NCBI GenBank assembly: GCA_963783885.1
Contig: CAWAPJ010000010.1
Location: 32,001 to 96,000 of the forward strand
Reading direction: 5' to 3'
Length of the DNA stretch: 64,000 nucleotides
Source: Waddliaceae bacterium
Lineage (GTDB): Bacteria; Chlamydiota; Chlamydiia; Chlamydiales; SLFE01
Both the position numbers and the translations under genes were made by a program. Shown in pieces: positions 10,016-19,857 of this stretch; position 1 is the stretch's first letter, and the number at the start of each line of letters is the position of its first letter. The notes under the pieces are model-generated. The model saw only the letters and a list, made by a program, of their open reading frames with translations. It made no database searches and was not told the DNA's origin.

Positions 10016-10690
10016 ATGTTTAAGTATTTTTTCTTTTGTATGATTTTTTTGGTTGGAGCTATGCTCAACTATGATCTATTAAATGGTGAGTCAAATTTTC
10101 TTCTTATCACAGGTTGTGGAAGAAGTGGGACTTCCTATATGACAAAATTTCTCAAAAAGTCAGGTGTCCGTGTTGAACATGAAAAACCGGGAGAAGATGG
10201 CTGTGTCTCATGGCCAATGTCGGTTAATTATTACTCTCCTTGGGGCCCTAATGCAGGGAATATCGAATTCATACATGTTTTTCACCAAGTACGAAACCCT
10301 TTGCATGTAATTACCTCTTTTTATACTAATTTACCCTCATTAGATAGAGATGAATGGGAATTTATTAGAAAACATGTTCCTGAAATCTCGCGGGAAGATT
10401 CTTTGCTTCTCCACTGTGCCAAATATTGGTACTATTGGAACCTGAAAGCAGAAAAAATTTCACATATGCGCTACCAGATCGAAAATCTAGAACAAACGCT
10501 TCCTGAAATTGCAAAGTTAACAGGTCTGAAGCTAGATCCGGAGTTATTGAAAAAATTAGCCATTAACGAAAATTCTTGGTTGCCAACGCCTGATAAAATC
10601 ACTTGGAAAGAACTGAAATCCGAACTTCCCAATGAGTTGTTTGAAAACATTCAGTCAATGAGTGAACGGTACGGTTATCCTTGTTTCTGA
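10016..10690 (+). CDS. Sulfotransferase-like P-loop protein with N-terminal signal/TM
   Basis: ITGCGRSGTS (5'-PSB-like loop) and QVRNPLHVITS (3'-PB-like). Confidence 0.6.
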   Translation: MFKYFFFCMIFLVGAMLNYDLLNGESNFLLITGCGRSGTSYMTKFLKKSGVRVEHEKPGEDGCVSWPMSVNYYSPWGPNAGNIEFIHVFHQVRNPLHVITSFYTNLPSLDRDEWEFIRKHVPEISREDSLLLHCAKYWYYWNLKAEKISHMRYQIENLEQTLPEIAKLTGLKLDPELLKKLAINENSWLPTPDKITWKELKSELPNELFENIQSMSERYGYPCF

Positions 10691-10730
10691 CTTTTGCTAA
10701 CATTAAATGTTTTGCATTAGCCAGGATTTC

Positions 10731-11450
10731 TCATATGCTTTTTCGTTTAAATAAATAATCATTATGCGTTCCATCCCAGATACTATTATCTGTAATATTG
10801 TAATTTGAAAAGTTTTCAGTTAATTCATATCCAAAATTGTCTAAGAGATTAACAATATCATCGAACTGATGAATTTGAATTTCCACCAACAAGTAATCAA
10901 AAACAGTTTTATCAAAATCAATACCTAATAGCACATTAAGTTCATAACCTTCGACATCTAAACTAAAGAAATTAATGTGATGAATTCCAACCTCGTCAAG
11001 GATAGACTGCAAGCTTCTGACGAGTACTTTTTGATCTGCTTCTTGATTCAGTCGCATGCCATTTACACTTGACATAAGACCTCCGTTAAAATCTCCCCAT
11101 ATATACGTATTATCTTCTTCAAATGATCCAAGAGCGCATTCAAAGCAGAGAGAGTTTGGTCGGTTTCGGCATAAATCTTCAAATAAATTGGGGGAAGGTT
11201 CAACTAAAATGCCTCTCCAACCGTAACATTCTTCTAAAAGTTTTGTGTTTGATTGAATAATTCCATCATTGGCTCCAACTTCAATAAAGATGCCATTTTT
11301 TAAATCCATTATTTTTACAAGCTTTTGATCGAGAGGAATTCCTAGATTATCCGTTAGAGAATAACTAGTTTCATGTTCAGAATAAAAATAAAAATTTGAT
11401 AAAAAAATAATATAAAATAAAAAAAGATTAATATTTGATAGGAATGGCAA
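10731..11450 (-). CDS. FkbM family methyltransferase
   Basis: FIEVGANDG, GWRGILVEP, FSLDVEGYELNVL; AT-rich. TTG start uncertain. Confidence 0.85.
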   Translation of the reverse strand: MPFLSNINLFLFYIIFLSNFYFYSEHETSYSLTDNLGIPLDQKLVKIMDLKNGIFIEVGANDGIIQSNTKLLEECYGWRGILVEPSPNLFEDLCRNRPNSLCFECALGSFEEDNTYIWGDFNGGLMSSVNGMRLNQEADQKVLVRSLQSILDEVGIHHINFFSLDVEGYELNVLLGIDFDKTVFDYLLVEIQIHQFDDIVNLLDNFGYELTENFSNYNITDNSIWDGTHNDYLFKRKSI

Positions 11451-11485
11451 TTTAATGTTCCTTTATATTTTAGTAAGCATTTTGC

Positions 11486-11621
11486 AATCTACTTTCCTGG
11501 ACAACTTGCCGGATCTTTGGTTTGCATCGCCCGGCTGCATCTGCAATCCACCTGAAGAGGTTGCCTGTATCGAGCGTCTTGGAGCCCTTTAGCCGAGCTA
11601 TATTCTCCAGGGAAGTAGATT
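11486..11621. mobile_element. 136-bp MITE-like element with 16-bp terminal inverted repeats
   Basis: AATCTACTTTCCTGGA (11486-11501) / TCCAGGGAAGTAGATT (11606-11621), 1 mismatch. GC-richer interior. A third related end lies at 11793-11811. Confidence 0.55.
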
Positions 11622-11812
11622 ACCGTTAAAAGAGTATGAAAATGTTTGTCTAATGGCAAATTTCGGCAAACAAGCTTATAAATCGGTTATTTTCTTAAAT
11701 TTTATAATTCTTTTTTTAAATGAAACATTTACATCTGTCAAGGAAAAGGGGGGACTGCATCAAGTGTTTTCCAGCACTTTGCCCGCGCTGCGTTTTCCAA
11801 GAATGTAGATTT

Positions 11813-12808
11813 TTAAGGCTCAAGAATAATATCGGCAATTAAAGGCATGTGATCCGACGGGAAAAGGCCATTCACCTGACCCGGGTTCACTGCATGCAAA
11901 AGCACTTTTACCTCTTTGGAGACAAAAATATGGTCTAAAAAGACGCCGGGAGTTCCCAAGCCTTTGAATGGCTCGGTTCCCGTTTCATCATTTGTAAACG
12001 TTGAAAGGGGGCCGATGTGTCCGAGAAGCGAGGCTTCTTTTGCGTTTACCAGAAGGTCTGCTTTGAGGATTTTTTGAATATAGTCTCCGTCATAGAAAGG
12101 GAGCTTCTCTAAATCGGGGCGGTTTGGAAATGTGTTCAAATCCCCGGTCAAAACAAGAGGACCGTTGTGGGTTTGGCTGAGGATTTCCTGTATCATTTCG
12201 GCTTGCTGCTCTCTTTTGGCGATGTTAGAGAAAGCCAGATGGACGTTCAAGACAGAAAGAGCCTTCCCATTGACCTTGTCGACAAGCTGAATCATCGTCA
12301 AAGTCGATGCGCTGGTGTTTTCAGGATTCGTTTTCGACAAGTGCCAGATGCGGCTATTATCAAGAATAAACCGCTCTTTCTTGTAAAAAAGGCCGTTAAT
12401 TTCTCCATCCTTGCAAGGGGAGCCGAAGAATTCATATTTCTCCGATAGGGCCTCCATAAGATCGTCTAATTGATTGCCGTAAAGCTCCTGAACTCCTACA
12501 ATATCGGCGTCCATATCGTCAAACATGTCGATCACTCTTGCGCACCGGTTCGGCCAGCGGTTCTCTTCATCGAGGTTGTGATCGTAGAGATCGAACAGAA
12601 CATTGAAGCTGACGATTCGTATGCGTTCATCCAGAAGCTCAAGATTTTCTCTGATCTCAATTCTCTGGCCGGGGGCATATTTGTCCAAGTCTATCCCTTC
12701 CAGACGTTCTATTTTTTCCATTAAGGGAACAATGGAATTTTGAGAGGCAGTAAGAGAGGCCGCAAATGCAATTAAGAAAGAAATTAGTAAAAAATATTTT
12801 AATTTCAT
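11813..12808 (-). CDS. Endonuclease/exonuclease/phosphatase family protein, secreted
   Basis: Signal peptide; SFNV, DIVGVQE, NVHL, LTGDLN, LDHIF, SDHMP. Confidence 0.88.
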   Translation of the reverse strand: MKLKYFLLISFLIAFAASLTASQNSIVPLMEKIERLEGIDLDKYAPGQRIEIRENLELLDERIRIVSFNVLFDLYDHNLDEENRWPNRCARVIDMFDDMDADIVGVQELYGNQLDDLMEALSEKYEFFGSPCKDGEINGLFYKKERFILDNSRIWHLSKTNPENTSASTLTMIQLVDKVNGKALSVLNVHLAFSNIAKREQQAEMIQEILSQTHNGPLVLTGDLNTFPNRPDLEKLPFYDGDYIQKILKADLLVNAKEASLLGHIGPLSTFTNDETGTEPFKGLGTPGVFLDHIFVSKEVKVLLHAVNPGQVNGLFPSDHMPLIADIILEP

Positions 12809-12870
12809 CTCTTCTCTTTTTTAATTAAATTGAATTATAAAATTGGAATATTAAATTTTAATAAATTTTA

Positions 12871-14121
12871 CTAACAAAGAAGCCGCCAAGCGGGTACAGC
12901 CCAAGTATTGTCCTCAGATAATCTCTCAATACTGGATCCATTATAGACGATGAGCGACCCAAGCCAGTTTCTGTTAAATCTTTTTTTGATTTCTCTTAAA
13001 GATGTCAGATCTTTTGGATAAATTTTGTCTCTCAGTTTAATCTCAACTCCTATGAATCCTCCGGGGGTTTCCAATAGTAGATCACACTCCAAACCACTAT
13101 GAGTTCTATAAAAGGAAAGTGGTATATCTTTTTCATTTGTCTTGATCCATTTATAAATTTCCGATATAACCATGGTCTCAAAATAACTGCCTGTCGCCGG
13201 CCCCCAGTGGCCCGTAGCTTGTCTAAGCATTCCAATATCAAGCCAATAGACTTTTGGAGTTTTTATCAACGAAGTGGTGGAATTCTTATAGAAAGGCTGC
13301 AAAAAGAAAGTCTGATAAGATAATCTCAAATATTCAAAATATCTTCTAGAGGTGTCTACACTGATAGAAGCGTCTCTGGCAAGTTCGGAATAGCTGAGAA
13401 GCTGACCGCTCCTCAATGCGGCTAATATCTGAAATTTTCGAAAAGGTTCTAAATCATGAATTCTTGCTAAATCAACTAAATCTCTTTCAAGATAAGTATA
13501 TTCATAATCCTTCAGCCATTTTTTCTTCTCATCCTGGGAGGCAATTGTGAAAAGAGCCGGCATCCCTCCCCATTGTAGGATGTAATCAGCAGCTTGCAGT
13601 CTACCTTGTTCCTGCTGACCAAATAAAACTCCCGGGATCTCGCTAAGCACCTTATCAAGAGGGGCGCCTGAAAGAAAAGAATCAAGCAGCGGCGCTTCAA
13701 GATTCTTTTCAGGATTGATTTCTGAAATCATAAAAGGGAACAGCTCGTATAAGGAAACTCTGCCCGCTAGCGATTCTCTGACTTTTTTCAGGAGCATGAG
13801 CTGTGAAGACCCTAACAAAACAGAAAATTTAAGTGTTTTATCATCGAAGCAGTATTTAATTTTTTCCAGGATTCCGGGTTCTTTCTGAACTTCATCCAAG
13901 ATAGCTTCCCCAACATCTCTCACCCAGGAACTTGTGGAAATCTTCCTCATTTTTCCTCGAATTTCGGGTGCATCAAGATTAAAATATTGGAGAGAGGAGT
14001 ATTGGTTTCTTGCGATTGTTGTTTTTCCTGTTTGTCTTGCGCCGGTAATCAAAGTGAGCTTGTTTTGATCAATCCCAGGAAGTTTTTTCTCTAAATGCCT
14101 GTGTTTATAGCGGTTTTCCAT
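12871..14121 (-). CDS. AAA_14 + DUF4143 ATP-binding protein
   Basis: Walker A GARQTGKT, ILDEVQ, LGSS, ESLAGR; HTH-like SYSELARDASISVDT; C-terminal ECD...VEIK nuclease-like motif. Confidence 0.88.
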   Translation of the reverse strand: MENRYKHRHLEKKLPGIDQNKLTLITGARQTGKTTIARNQYSSLQYFNLDAPEIRGKMRKISTSSWVRDVGEAILDEVQKEPGILEKIKYCFDDKTLKFSVLLGSSQLMLLKKVRESLAGRVSLYELFPFMISEINPEKNLEAPLLDSFLSGAPLDKVLSEIPGVLFGQQEQGRLQAADYILQWGGMPALFTIASQDEKKKWLKDYEYTYLERDLVDLARIHDLEPFRKFQILAALRSGQLLSYSELARDASISVDTSRRYFEYLRLSYQTFFLQPFYKNSTTSLIKTPKVYWLDIGMLRQATGHWGPATGSYFETMVISEIYKWIKTNEKDIPLSFYRTHSGLECDLLLETPGGFIGVEIKLRDKIYPKDLTSLREIKKRFNRNWLGSLIVYNGSSIERLSEDNTWAVPAWRLLC

Positions 14122-14130
14122 TATAAACTG

Positions 14131-14189
14131 ATTTTACGATGGCATCGTAAGATTTGCAAGAAAATTTACGATACCATCGTAAATTTTCT
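14131..14189 (-). promoter_or_regulatory. Sigma70-type promoter (TTGCAA-17-TAAAAT) with two TTACGAT-N3-ATCGTAA palindromes
   Basis: -35 at 14154-14159 and -10 at 14131-14136 on the minus strand. Palindromes centred at 14142 and 14174. Confidence 0.7.
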
Positions 14190-14190
14190 A

Positions 14191-14871
14191 TTAGATCTGC
14201 CGTTTTTGGCGATCTTTGCACTCTAAGACTTTATAAACGACTTCCTCGGGGGTGAGGTCGGAGGTGTCTATGATATGGGCATCTTCCGCTTGTTTCAGCG
14301 GAGATACTTTTCTTGTTGAGTCGTAATGGTCCCGTCTGTTGATCTGCTCGAGAACTTTCTCCATAGTGAGTTCGTCTGCTGTTTCGGGAAATTTTTGTTT
14401 GAGTTCATCCATCCGTCTTTGGGCTCTTACTTCCGGACGGCCCTTTAAAAAGATTTTCAGGTCGGCGTTGGGAAAGACGACCGTCCCCATATCGCGGCCC
14501 TCGAAAACGGAATTGACCCCTCTTGCCAGCTCGCGCTGAATGGAAACCAGTTTTTCTCGAACTTGCGGGATCGCTGCCACTTCAGAAACTTTGGAGGTGA
14601 CTTCATCGCCCCGAATCACATTGGTGACATTTTCCTCGCAGACATAATAGCATTTTTCTCCTCGTCTGATCTTCATGTCAAATTCAAACTTGTCGAGAAA
14701 TTCTTGAAGCTTTACGGGATCGTCCAAAGGAACATTTTGTTTGATGATTCCATAGGTGGCGCATCTGTACATGGCGCCCGTATCGAAAAAAATATAGCCT
14801 AAAGCATCCGCAACTTTTTTGGCGACAGTGCTTTTTCCTGTTGCGACTGAACCGTCTATTGTAATAATCAT
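14191..14871 (-). CDS. cmk: Cytidylate kinase
   Basis: ITIDGSVATGKST, DTGAMYR, EGRDMGTVVFP. Confidence 0.96.
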   Translation of the reverse strand: MIITIDGSVATGKSTVAKKVADALGYIFFDTGAMYRCATYGIIKQNVPLDDPVKLQEFLDKFEFDMKIRRGEKCYYVCEENVTNVIRGDEVTSKVSEVAAIPQVREKLVSIQRELARGVNSVFEGRDMGTVVFPNADLKIFLKGRPEVRAQRRMDELKQKFPETADELTMEKVLEQINRRDHYDSTRKVSPLKQAEDAHIIDTSDLTPEEVVYKVLECKDRQKRQI

Positions 14872-15719
14872 ATTGCTAACATCCTAACATAACCATACAC
14901 GAGTGGGAGAGTAAAAACAAGGGAATCAAAAATATCAAGCAGTCCTCCAAGTCCGGGTAGCTGGCTGCTGTCTTTTACCTTGGCATCCCTCTTGAGAAGC
15001 GATTCCGAAAGGTCCCCCAGTTGAGAGAGGACAGCGATAATCAATCCGAGAGTTAAAGAGGAAACAACACCGATGTCGAGTGCGCGGCTTCCCGAAACCG
15101 TGGCAGCGATAAAGGGGAGGGAGGCGCTGGTCCCGAGGGCAAGTAAAAATCCGCACAAGGTTCCTTCGACGGTTTTATTCGGGCTGACAAAGGGGGCAAG
15201 GGGTTTTCTTCCAAAGAATTTTCCGCCGAAATAGGCTCCGGTATCATACATTTTGCTTACGGCAATCGCAAAGACGACCCACCATCTGCCGTCCCCGCCG
15301 GCGTTTGGAGGGAAATAATAGGTGATGAGCAAAATGCAGCTGAGAGGGACAGCCAGGTAAAAAATCCCAAAAAAAGTGATGGAAAGATTGACGAAAGGGT
15401 TCTCTCCTTTAAGCAGAAAGAGGCAAAAGGCGAAAAGAAGGGAAAGTATCACGATCAGGTATGGCAAAAAACAAAAAGGTGGGGCTTGAGTTGCTGTAAA
15501 AACTGCAAGAGCGTAGGCAAATCCGGTCGCCATTCCGAGCTGCGTCAGCGGCTTGTGCCCTTTAAACGCGGCCAGCCGATAGAATTCCCAAAGGACAACG
15601 GCTGTTAAACAAGAAAAGCCAAGAGCAAAAAATGGCATGAATGCCGGCCATGTGGAGAAAAAGATCGCAATGCCAGCGGCAATCACCAGAATGGTTCCAA
15701 TCGCGACTCTTTGCAGCAT
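14868..15719 (-). CDS. cdsA: Phosphatidate cytidylyltransferase
   Basis: DTGAYFGG, SPNKTVEG, GDLSESLLKRDAKVKDS, GGLLDIFDS. Confidence 0.95.
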   Translation of the reverse strand: MLQRVAIGTILVIAAGIAIFFSTWPAFMPFFALGFSCLTAVVLWEFYRLAAFKGHKPLTQLGMATGFAYALAVFTATQAPPFCFLPYLIVILSLLFAFCLFLLKGENPFVNLSITFFGIFYLAVPLSCILLITYYFPPNAGGDGRWWVVFAIAVSKMYDTGAYFGGKFFGRKPLAPFVSPNKTVEGTLCGFLLALGTSASLPFIAATVSGSRALDIGVVSSLTLGLIIAVLSQLGDLSESLLKRDAKVKDSSQLPGLGGLLDIFDSLVFTLPLVYGYVRMLAI

Positions 15720-16429
15720 TAAGATCCTCCCAGGCGCCTTTCGCGCTGCTTATAATCGTCAATTGCGGCATAAAAGCGGTCGGGGGTAAAGTCGGGCCAG
15801 AGGGTCTCGGTGTAATAGAATTCCGAATAGGAAAGCTGCCACAAAAGATAGTTGCTGATTCTCATTTCTCCGCTGGTGCGAATGAGAAGGTCGGGATCGG
15901 GCCACCGGGAAGTATCGAGATGACGGCTGACGGTCTCTTCGGTCACATCTTCTTTTTTAAGCGTTCCTTTTTCAATTTTGCTGCAAATTTTTGAAAAGGA
16001 GCGGCAGATCTCGGAACGTCCGCCATAATTTAGCGCGAGAATGAGATGGATCTTGCTGCAATGAGCTGTTTTTTCTTTGCTTTCCTTTATGGTCTGTTTA
16101 ACATCTTCCGGCAAAGGATCCAAAACCCCAATTGTATTCAGTTTAACCCCTTTTTCGATCATGCGGGGGGTTTCTCTTTGCAAGTAGAGTTTGAGAAGCC
16201 CCATCAAAGCGTCGATCTCCATTTTAGACCGCTTCCAGTTCTCCGTGGAAAAAATGTAGAGGGTCATATATTCGATATCGATATCGGAGGCGGCTTCCAC
16301 GATATCTAAAATGATGTCGCAACCTTTTTGATGGCCGAAAGGGGCGTCCTGCTGAAGGCGGGCTGCCCATCGCCTGTTGCCGTCGGGGATGATGGCGACA
16401 TGTCTCGGGACTAATTTTAAGGGGATCAT
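15719..16429 (-). CDS. uppS: Undecaprenyl diphosphate synthase
   Basis: HVAIIPDGNRRWA, FSTENWKR, PDLLIRTSGEMRISNYLLWQ. Confidence 0.96.
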   Translation of the reverse strand: MIPLKLVPRHVAIIPDGNRRWAARLQQDAPFGHQKGCDIILDIVEAASDIDIEYMTLYIFSTENWKRSKMEIDALMGLLKLYLQRETPRMIEKGVKLNTIGVLDPLPEDVKQTIKESKEKTAHCSKIHLILALNYGGRSEICRSFSKICSKIEKGTLKKEDVTEETVSRHLDTSRWPDPDLLIRTSGEMRISNYLLWQLSYSEFYYTETLWPDFTPDRFYAAIDDYKQRERRLGGS

Positions 16430-17715
16430 GTCACCTCCGCAAGTTGGGGGAGAAGGTTAATTGTCTGCTTGCGGTCAGGGCCGACAGATATCAGCGAAAT
16501 CGGAACGCCGCAAAGGGATTCAATCATCTCGAGATAATTTTTGGCGTTTTGTGGAAGTTCCTCATATTTTGTCACATGGGATGTGGATGACATCCACCCT
16601 GGCAATGTCTCATAGACAGGTTCTATTTTATCCCAAAGATGAATATCGGCCGGAGGAATATCAAAGATTTTGTCTTTTAACCTATAGGCTGTGCAAATCT
16701 TGATTTCGGAAAAATTGTCGAGAATATCAAGTTTTGTCATAGCTAGTGAAGAAAAGCTGTTGATGCGGACAGCAGCCTTTGCGAGGACAGCGTCGAACCA
16801 GCCAATCCGCCTGTTTCTTCCTGTCGTAGTGCCGACCTCTCGAGCTGTATGAAGGTCAAATTCAGGCGAGGAAGGAAATTCGGTGGGGAAGGGGCCGTTG
16901 CCGACACGTGTTGTGTAAAGCTTCATGACTCCTAAAATATGGTCTATGGATGCAGGTCCGACCTCGGCTCCTGAGCAGATGCCTGCAGCTGTGGTGTTTG
17001 ATGACGTCACATAAGGGTAGGTTCCCGATGTGACATCAAGAAATGTCCCTTGCGCTCCTTCGAATAGAACGGTTTTATCTGAAGCGTTCTCAAGCAGAGG
17101 GTTGATATCCCGTACATGAGGACGCAATCTTTCAGCAGCATGGGCGTAATCGGTAAAAACCTCTTCAAAGGAGAGGGGAGAAGCTCCGAAAAGTTTTGTC
17201 AGCTCTTCATTTTTGATCTTGAGCATATACTTTAAAAGGGAATGGAAATGATCCAGATCCAAAAGGTCGGCGACGCGGACGCCGGAGCGGCTCACTTTGT
17301 CCGCATAGCAGGGGCCGATGCCGCGCTTAGTCGTTCCGATAGCGTCGTCTGCCTTCCTTTTTTCCTGAAGGGTGTCGAAGACCTTGTGGTAAGGCATGAT
17401 AAGATGGGCATTCGGAGAGATCCACAGCCTATCGTCAATGTCGATACCCTTTTCTTTCAGCATATCCATTTCTTTAGTCAGTACAAACGGGTCGATGACA
17501 ACACCTGCTGCAATCGCGCATTGGGTGTGTGGCTGGAGGATGCCTGTCGGGATGAGATGCAGTTTGTATTCTTGCGAATTAAAGAGAATCGTGTGGCCTG
17601 CGTTGTTGCCTCCCTGAGCGCGGACAATCCAGTCGGACTGCTGAGCCAGTAGATCGATGACTTTTCCCTTTCCTTCGTCTCCCCATTGGGCGCCGACAAC
17701 AATGATTCTTGGCAT
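16426..17715 (-). CDS. purA: Adenylosuccinate synthetase
   Basis: GAQWGDEGKGK, GGNNAGHT, GTTKRGIGP, FEGAQG, GTTTGR. Confidence 0.97.
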   Translation of the reverse strand: MPRIIVVGAQWGDEGKGKVIDLLAQQSDWIVRAQGGNNAGHTILFNSQEYKLHLIPTGILQPHTQCAIAAGVVIDPFVLTKEMDMLKEKGIDIDDRLWISPNAHLIMPYHKVFDTLQEKRKADDAIGTTKRGIGPCYADKVSRSGVRVADLLDLDHFHSLLKYMLKIKNEELTKLFGASPLSFEEVFTDYAHAAERLRPHVRDINPLLENASDKTVLFEGAQGTFLDVTSGTYPYVTSSNTTAAGICSGAEVGPASIDHILGVMKLYTTRVGNGPFPTEFPSSPEFDLHTAREVGTTTGRNRRIGWFDAVLAKAAVRINSFSSLAMTKLDILDNFSEIKICTAYRLKDKIFDIPPADIHLWDKIEPVYETLPGWMSSTSHVTKYEELPQNAKNYLEMIESLCGVPISLISVGPDRKQTINLLPQLAEVT

Positions 17716-17728
17716 TGTATTTTCCCCC

Positions 17729-19540
17729 TCAATCGGTTTTCAATAATTTGATGAAAGCGTCCTGGGGAATTTTGACCTTTCCAATCCCCATCTCTTTCAT
17801 TTTCTGCTTACCCTTTTTCTGCTTTTCCCACAGTTTCCGTTTGCGGGTGATGTCTCCGCCGTAACACTTGGCGGTGACGTTTTTTCCCATCGCAGAGAGG
17901 GTCTCCCTGGCGATAATTTTCCCGCCGATGACAGCCTGAATCGGCACTTTGAAAAGTTGGCGGGGGATCACTTCTTTCAGTTTTGCGCAGATGGCCCGCC
18001 CTTTTGCCAGCGCTTTGTCCTTGTGGACAAGGCAGGAGAACGCATCTACCGGTTCATCGTTCACCCTCACTTCGAGTTTGACAATTTGGCTTTCTTCATA
18101 GCCGTAAAACTCATAATCGAAAGAACCGTAGCCCCGCGTCAGCGATTTCAGTTTATCGTTAAAGTCCGAGATGATTTCAGCAAGGGGAAGGCGGTATGTT
18201 AGAAGAAGCCTGTGGGAATCGAGTGTTTCGGTATGTTCGCAGATTCCCCGCTTCTCCAGGCCGAGATTCATTATCTGTCCGAGGTATTCGTTCGGAATGA
18301 TGACATGGGCCCGCACCCAGGGTTCTTCAGCCCATTCTATGGCTGCGGGGTCGGGATAGTGGACGGGATTGTCGACTTCCTTTTCTGTGCCGTCAGTCAG
18401 GGTAAATTTATAAACGACGCTGGGGGCTGTCATGATAATATCAAGGTCGAATTCTCGTTGCAGCCTTTCAAAGATGATTTCAAGGTGAAGAAGCCCTAAA
18501 AATCCGCACCGAAAACCGAAACCGAGCGCATGGCTGCTTTCCTGTTCGATATAAAGGGCCGAGTCGTTGAGCTGCAGTTTGACAAGGGCGTCGCGGAGGT
18601 TTTCATAGTCAGGCGAGTCGATTGGGTAAATTCCTGCAAAAACAACAGGCTTCATCAACTCAAAGCCCGGGAGAGGCTCGGGAGCGGGAGATTTTTTGTG
18701 TGTTATCGTATCGCCGATCTTCACATCGGCAGTGTTTTTTATGTTGCAGACTAGATAACCCACTTCGCCAGGCATAAGGGTGTCGACCGGCTTTTGGTGG
18801 GGGACAAAGATGCCCGGCTCGAGCACCTCATACTCTTTGCCAGTAATCATCATTTTGATGGAGTCTCCTTTTTTAACTTTACCGCTGATGACGCGGACAT
18901 AAATCATGGCTCCCCGGTAGATGTCGTAATGGGAATCAAAAATAAGGGCTCTCAGATAATCGTCCTTCGGCTCTGCCGGAGGGGGAACCTCCCTGATGAC
19001 ACGCTCGAGAATTTCGTCCGTCCCTTTTCCCAATTTTGCCGAACAGCAAATCGCGTCGGAGGCGTCGAGTCCGATCACATCTTCAATTTGATGCCGCACA
19101 TCTTCGACATCAGCTGTCGGCAGGTCGATTTTGTTGATAACCGGAATGATTTCCAGATTTCTATTAAGAGCCAGATGGACGTTGGCCATTGTCTGCGCCT
19201 GCACCCCCTGGCCGGCATCGACAACTAGCAGAGCGCCTTCGCAGGCGGCAAGAGAACGGGAAACTTCATAGGTGAAGTCGACGTGGCCGGGTGTGTCGAT
19301 CAGGTTGATCTGGTAGATCTGACCGTCTTTGGCTTGATAGAACATGGTCACAGGGTGAGCTTTGATGGTGATGCCCCGCTCCCGTTCGAGGTCCATATCG
19401 TCTAAGACTTGCTCCTGCATTTCCCGTTTTTGGAGAGTGTGGGTCTGTTCTAGCAGACGGTCGGCAATTGTCGACTTCCCATGGTCGATATGAGCGATAA
19501 TGCTAAAATTGCGTATTTTGCTTCGGTCATACTGGAACAT
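17729..19540 (-). CDS. lepA: Elongation factor 4
   Basis: [36 protein letters not shown]. Confidence 0.97.
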   Translation of the reverse strand: MFQYDRSKIRNFSIIAHIDHGKSTIADRLLEQTHTLQKREMQEQVLDDMDLERERGITIKAHPVTMFYQAKDGQIYQINLIDTPGHVDFTYEVSRSLAACEGALLVVDAGQGVQAQTMANVHLALNRNLEIIPVINKIDLPTADVEDVRHQIEDVIGLDASDAICCSAKLGKGTDEILERVIREVPPPAEPKDDYLRALIFDSHYDIYRGAMIYVRVISGKVKKGDSIKMMITGKEYEVLEPGIFVPHQKPVDTLMPGEVGYLVCNIKNTADVKIGDTITHKKSPAPEPLPGFELMKPVVFAGIYPIDSPDYENLRDALVKLQLNDSALYIEQESSHALGFGFRCGFLGLLHLEIIFERLQREFDLDIIMTAPSVVYKFTLTDGTEKEVDNPVHYPDPAAIEWAEEPWVRAHVIIPNEYLGQIMNLGLEKRGICEHTETLDSHRLLLTYRLPLAEIISDFNDKLKSLTRGYGSFDYEFYGYEESQIVKLEVRVNDEPVDAFSCLVHKDKALAKGRAICAKLKEVIPRQLFKVPIQAVIGGKIIARETLSAMGKNVTAKCYGGDITRKRKLWEKQKKGKQKMKEMGIGKVKIPQDAFIKLLKTD

Positions 19541-19600
19541 AGAGCTTATGATACCAAACTCAGGACTAATCTTCTAGCCTGGATTTCTCACAAGGAGTGG

Positions 19601-19791
19601 TTAGAACCTGGCCGTTAAAAAATAATAGAAACTAAGAGGCACTTAGACACAATGTGCGTCATTTGGGGGGGGTACAGTTCACTAACAAGTGCCACCTATG
19701 CTGGTAAACTGCACCTTCTCATTTTCCTCTGTTGTGAAAATCATTGTCTATCTGTAGGATAGATTCAAATTATTAATGTAACAAGGTCTAA
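19601..19791. repeat. Degenerate palindromic (MITE-like) intergenic element
   Basis: Ends TTAGAACCTG.../...CAAGGTCTAA. Inner arms GGTACAGTTCACTAACA / TGCTGGTAAACTGCACC match at 13/17, with only transition mismatches. Confidence 0.35.
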
Positions 19792-19857
19792 AGGTTGTCA
19801 AGAAGTTAACTTTAGATCCGAGATAATTTTCAAAGAAAGTCTCTTATATCTAATGAT

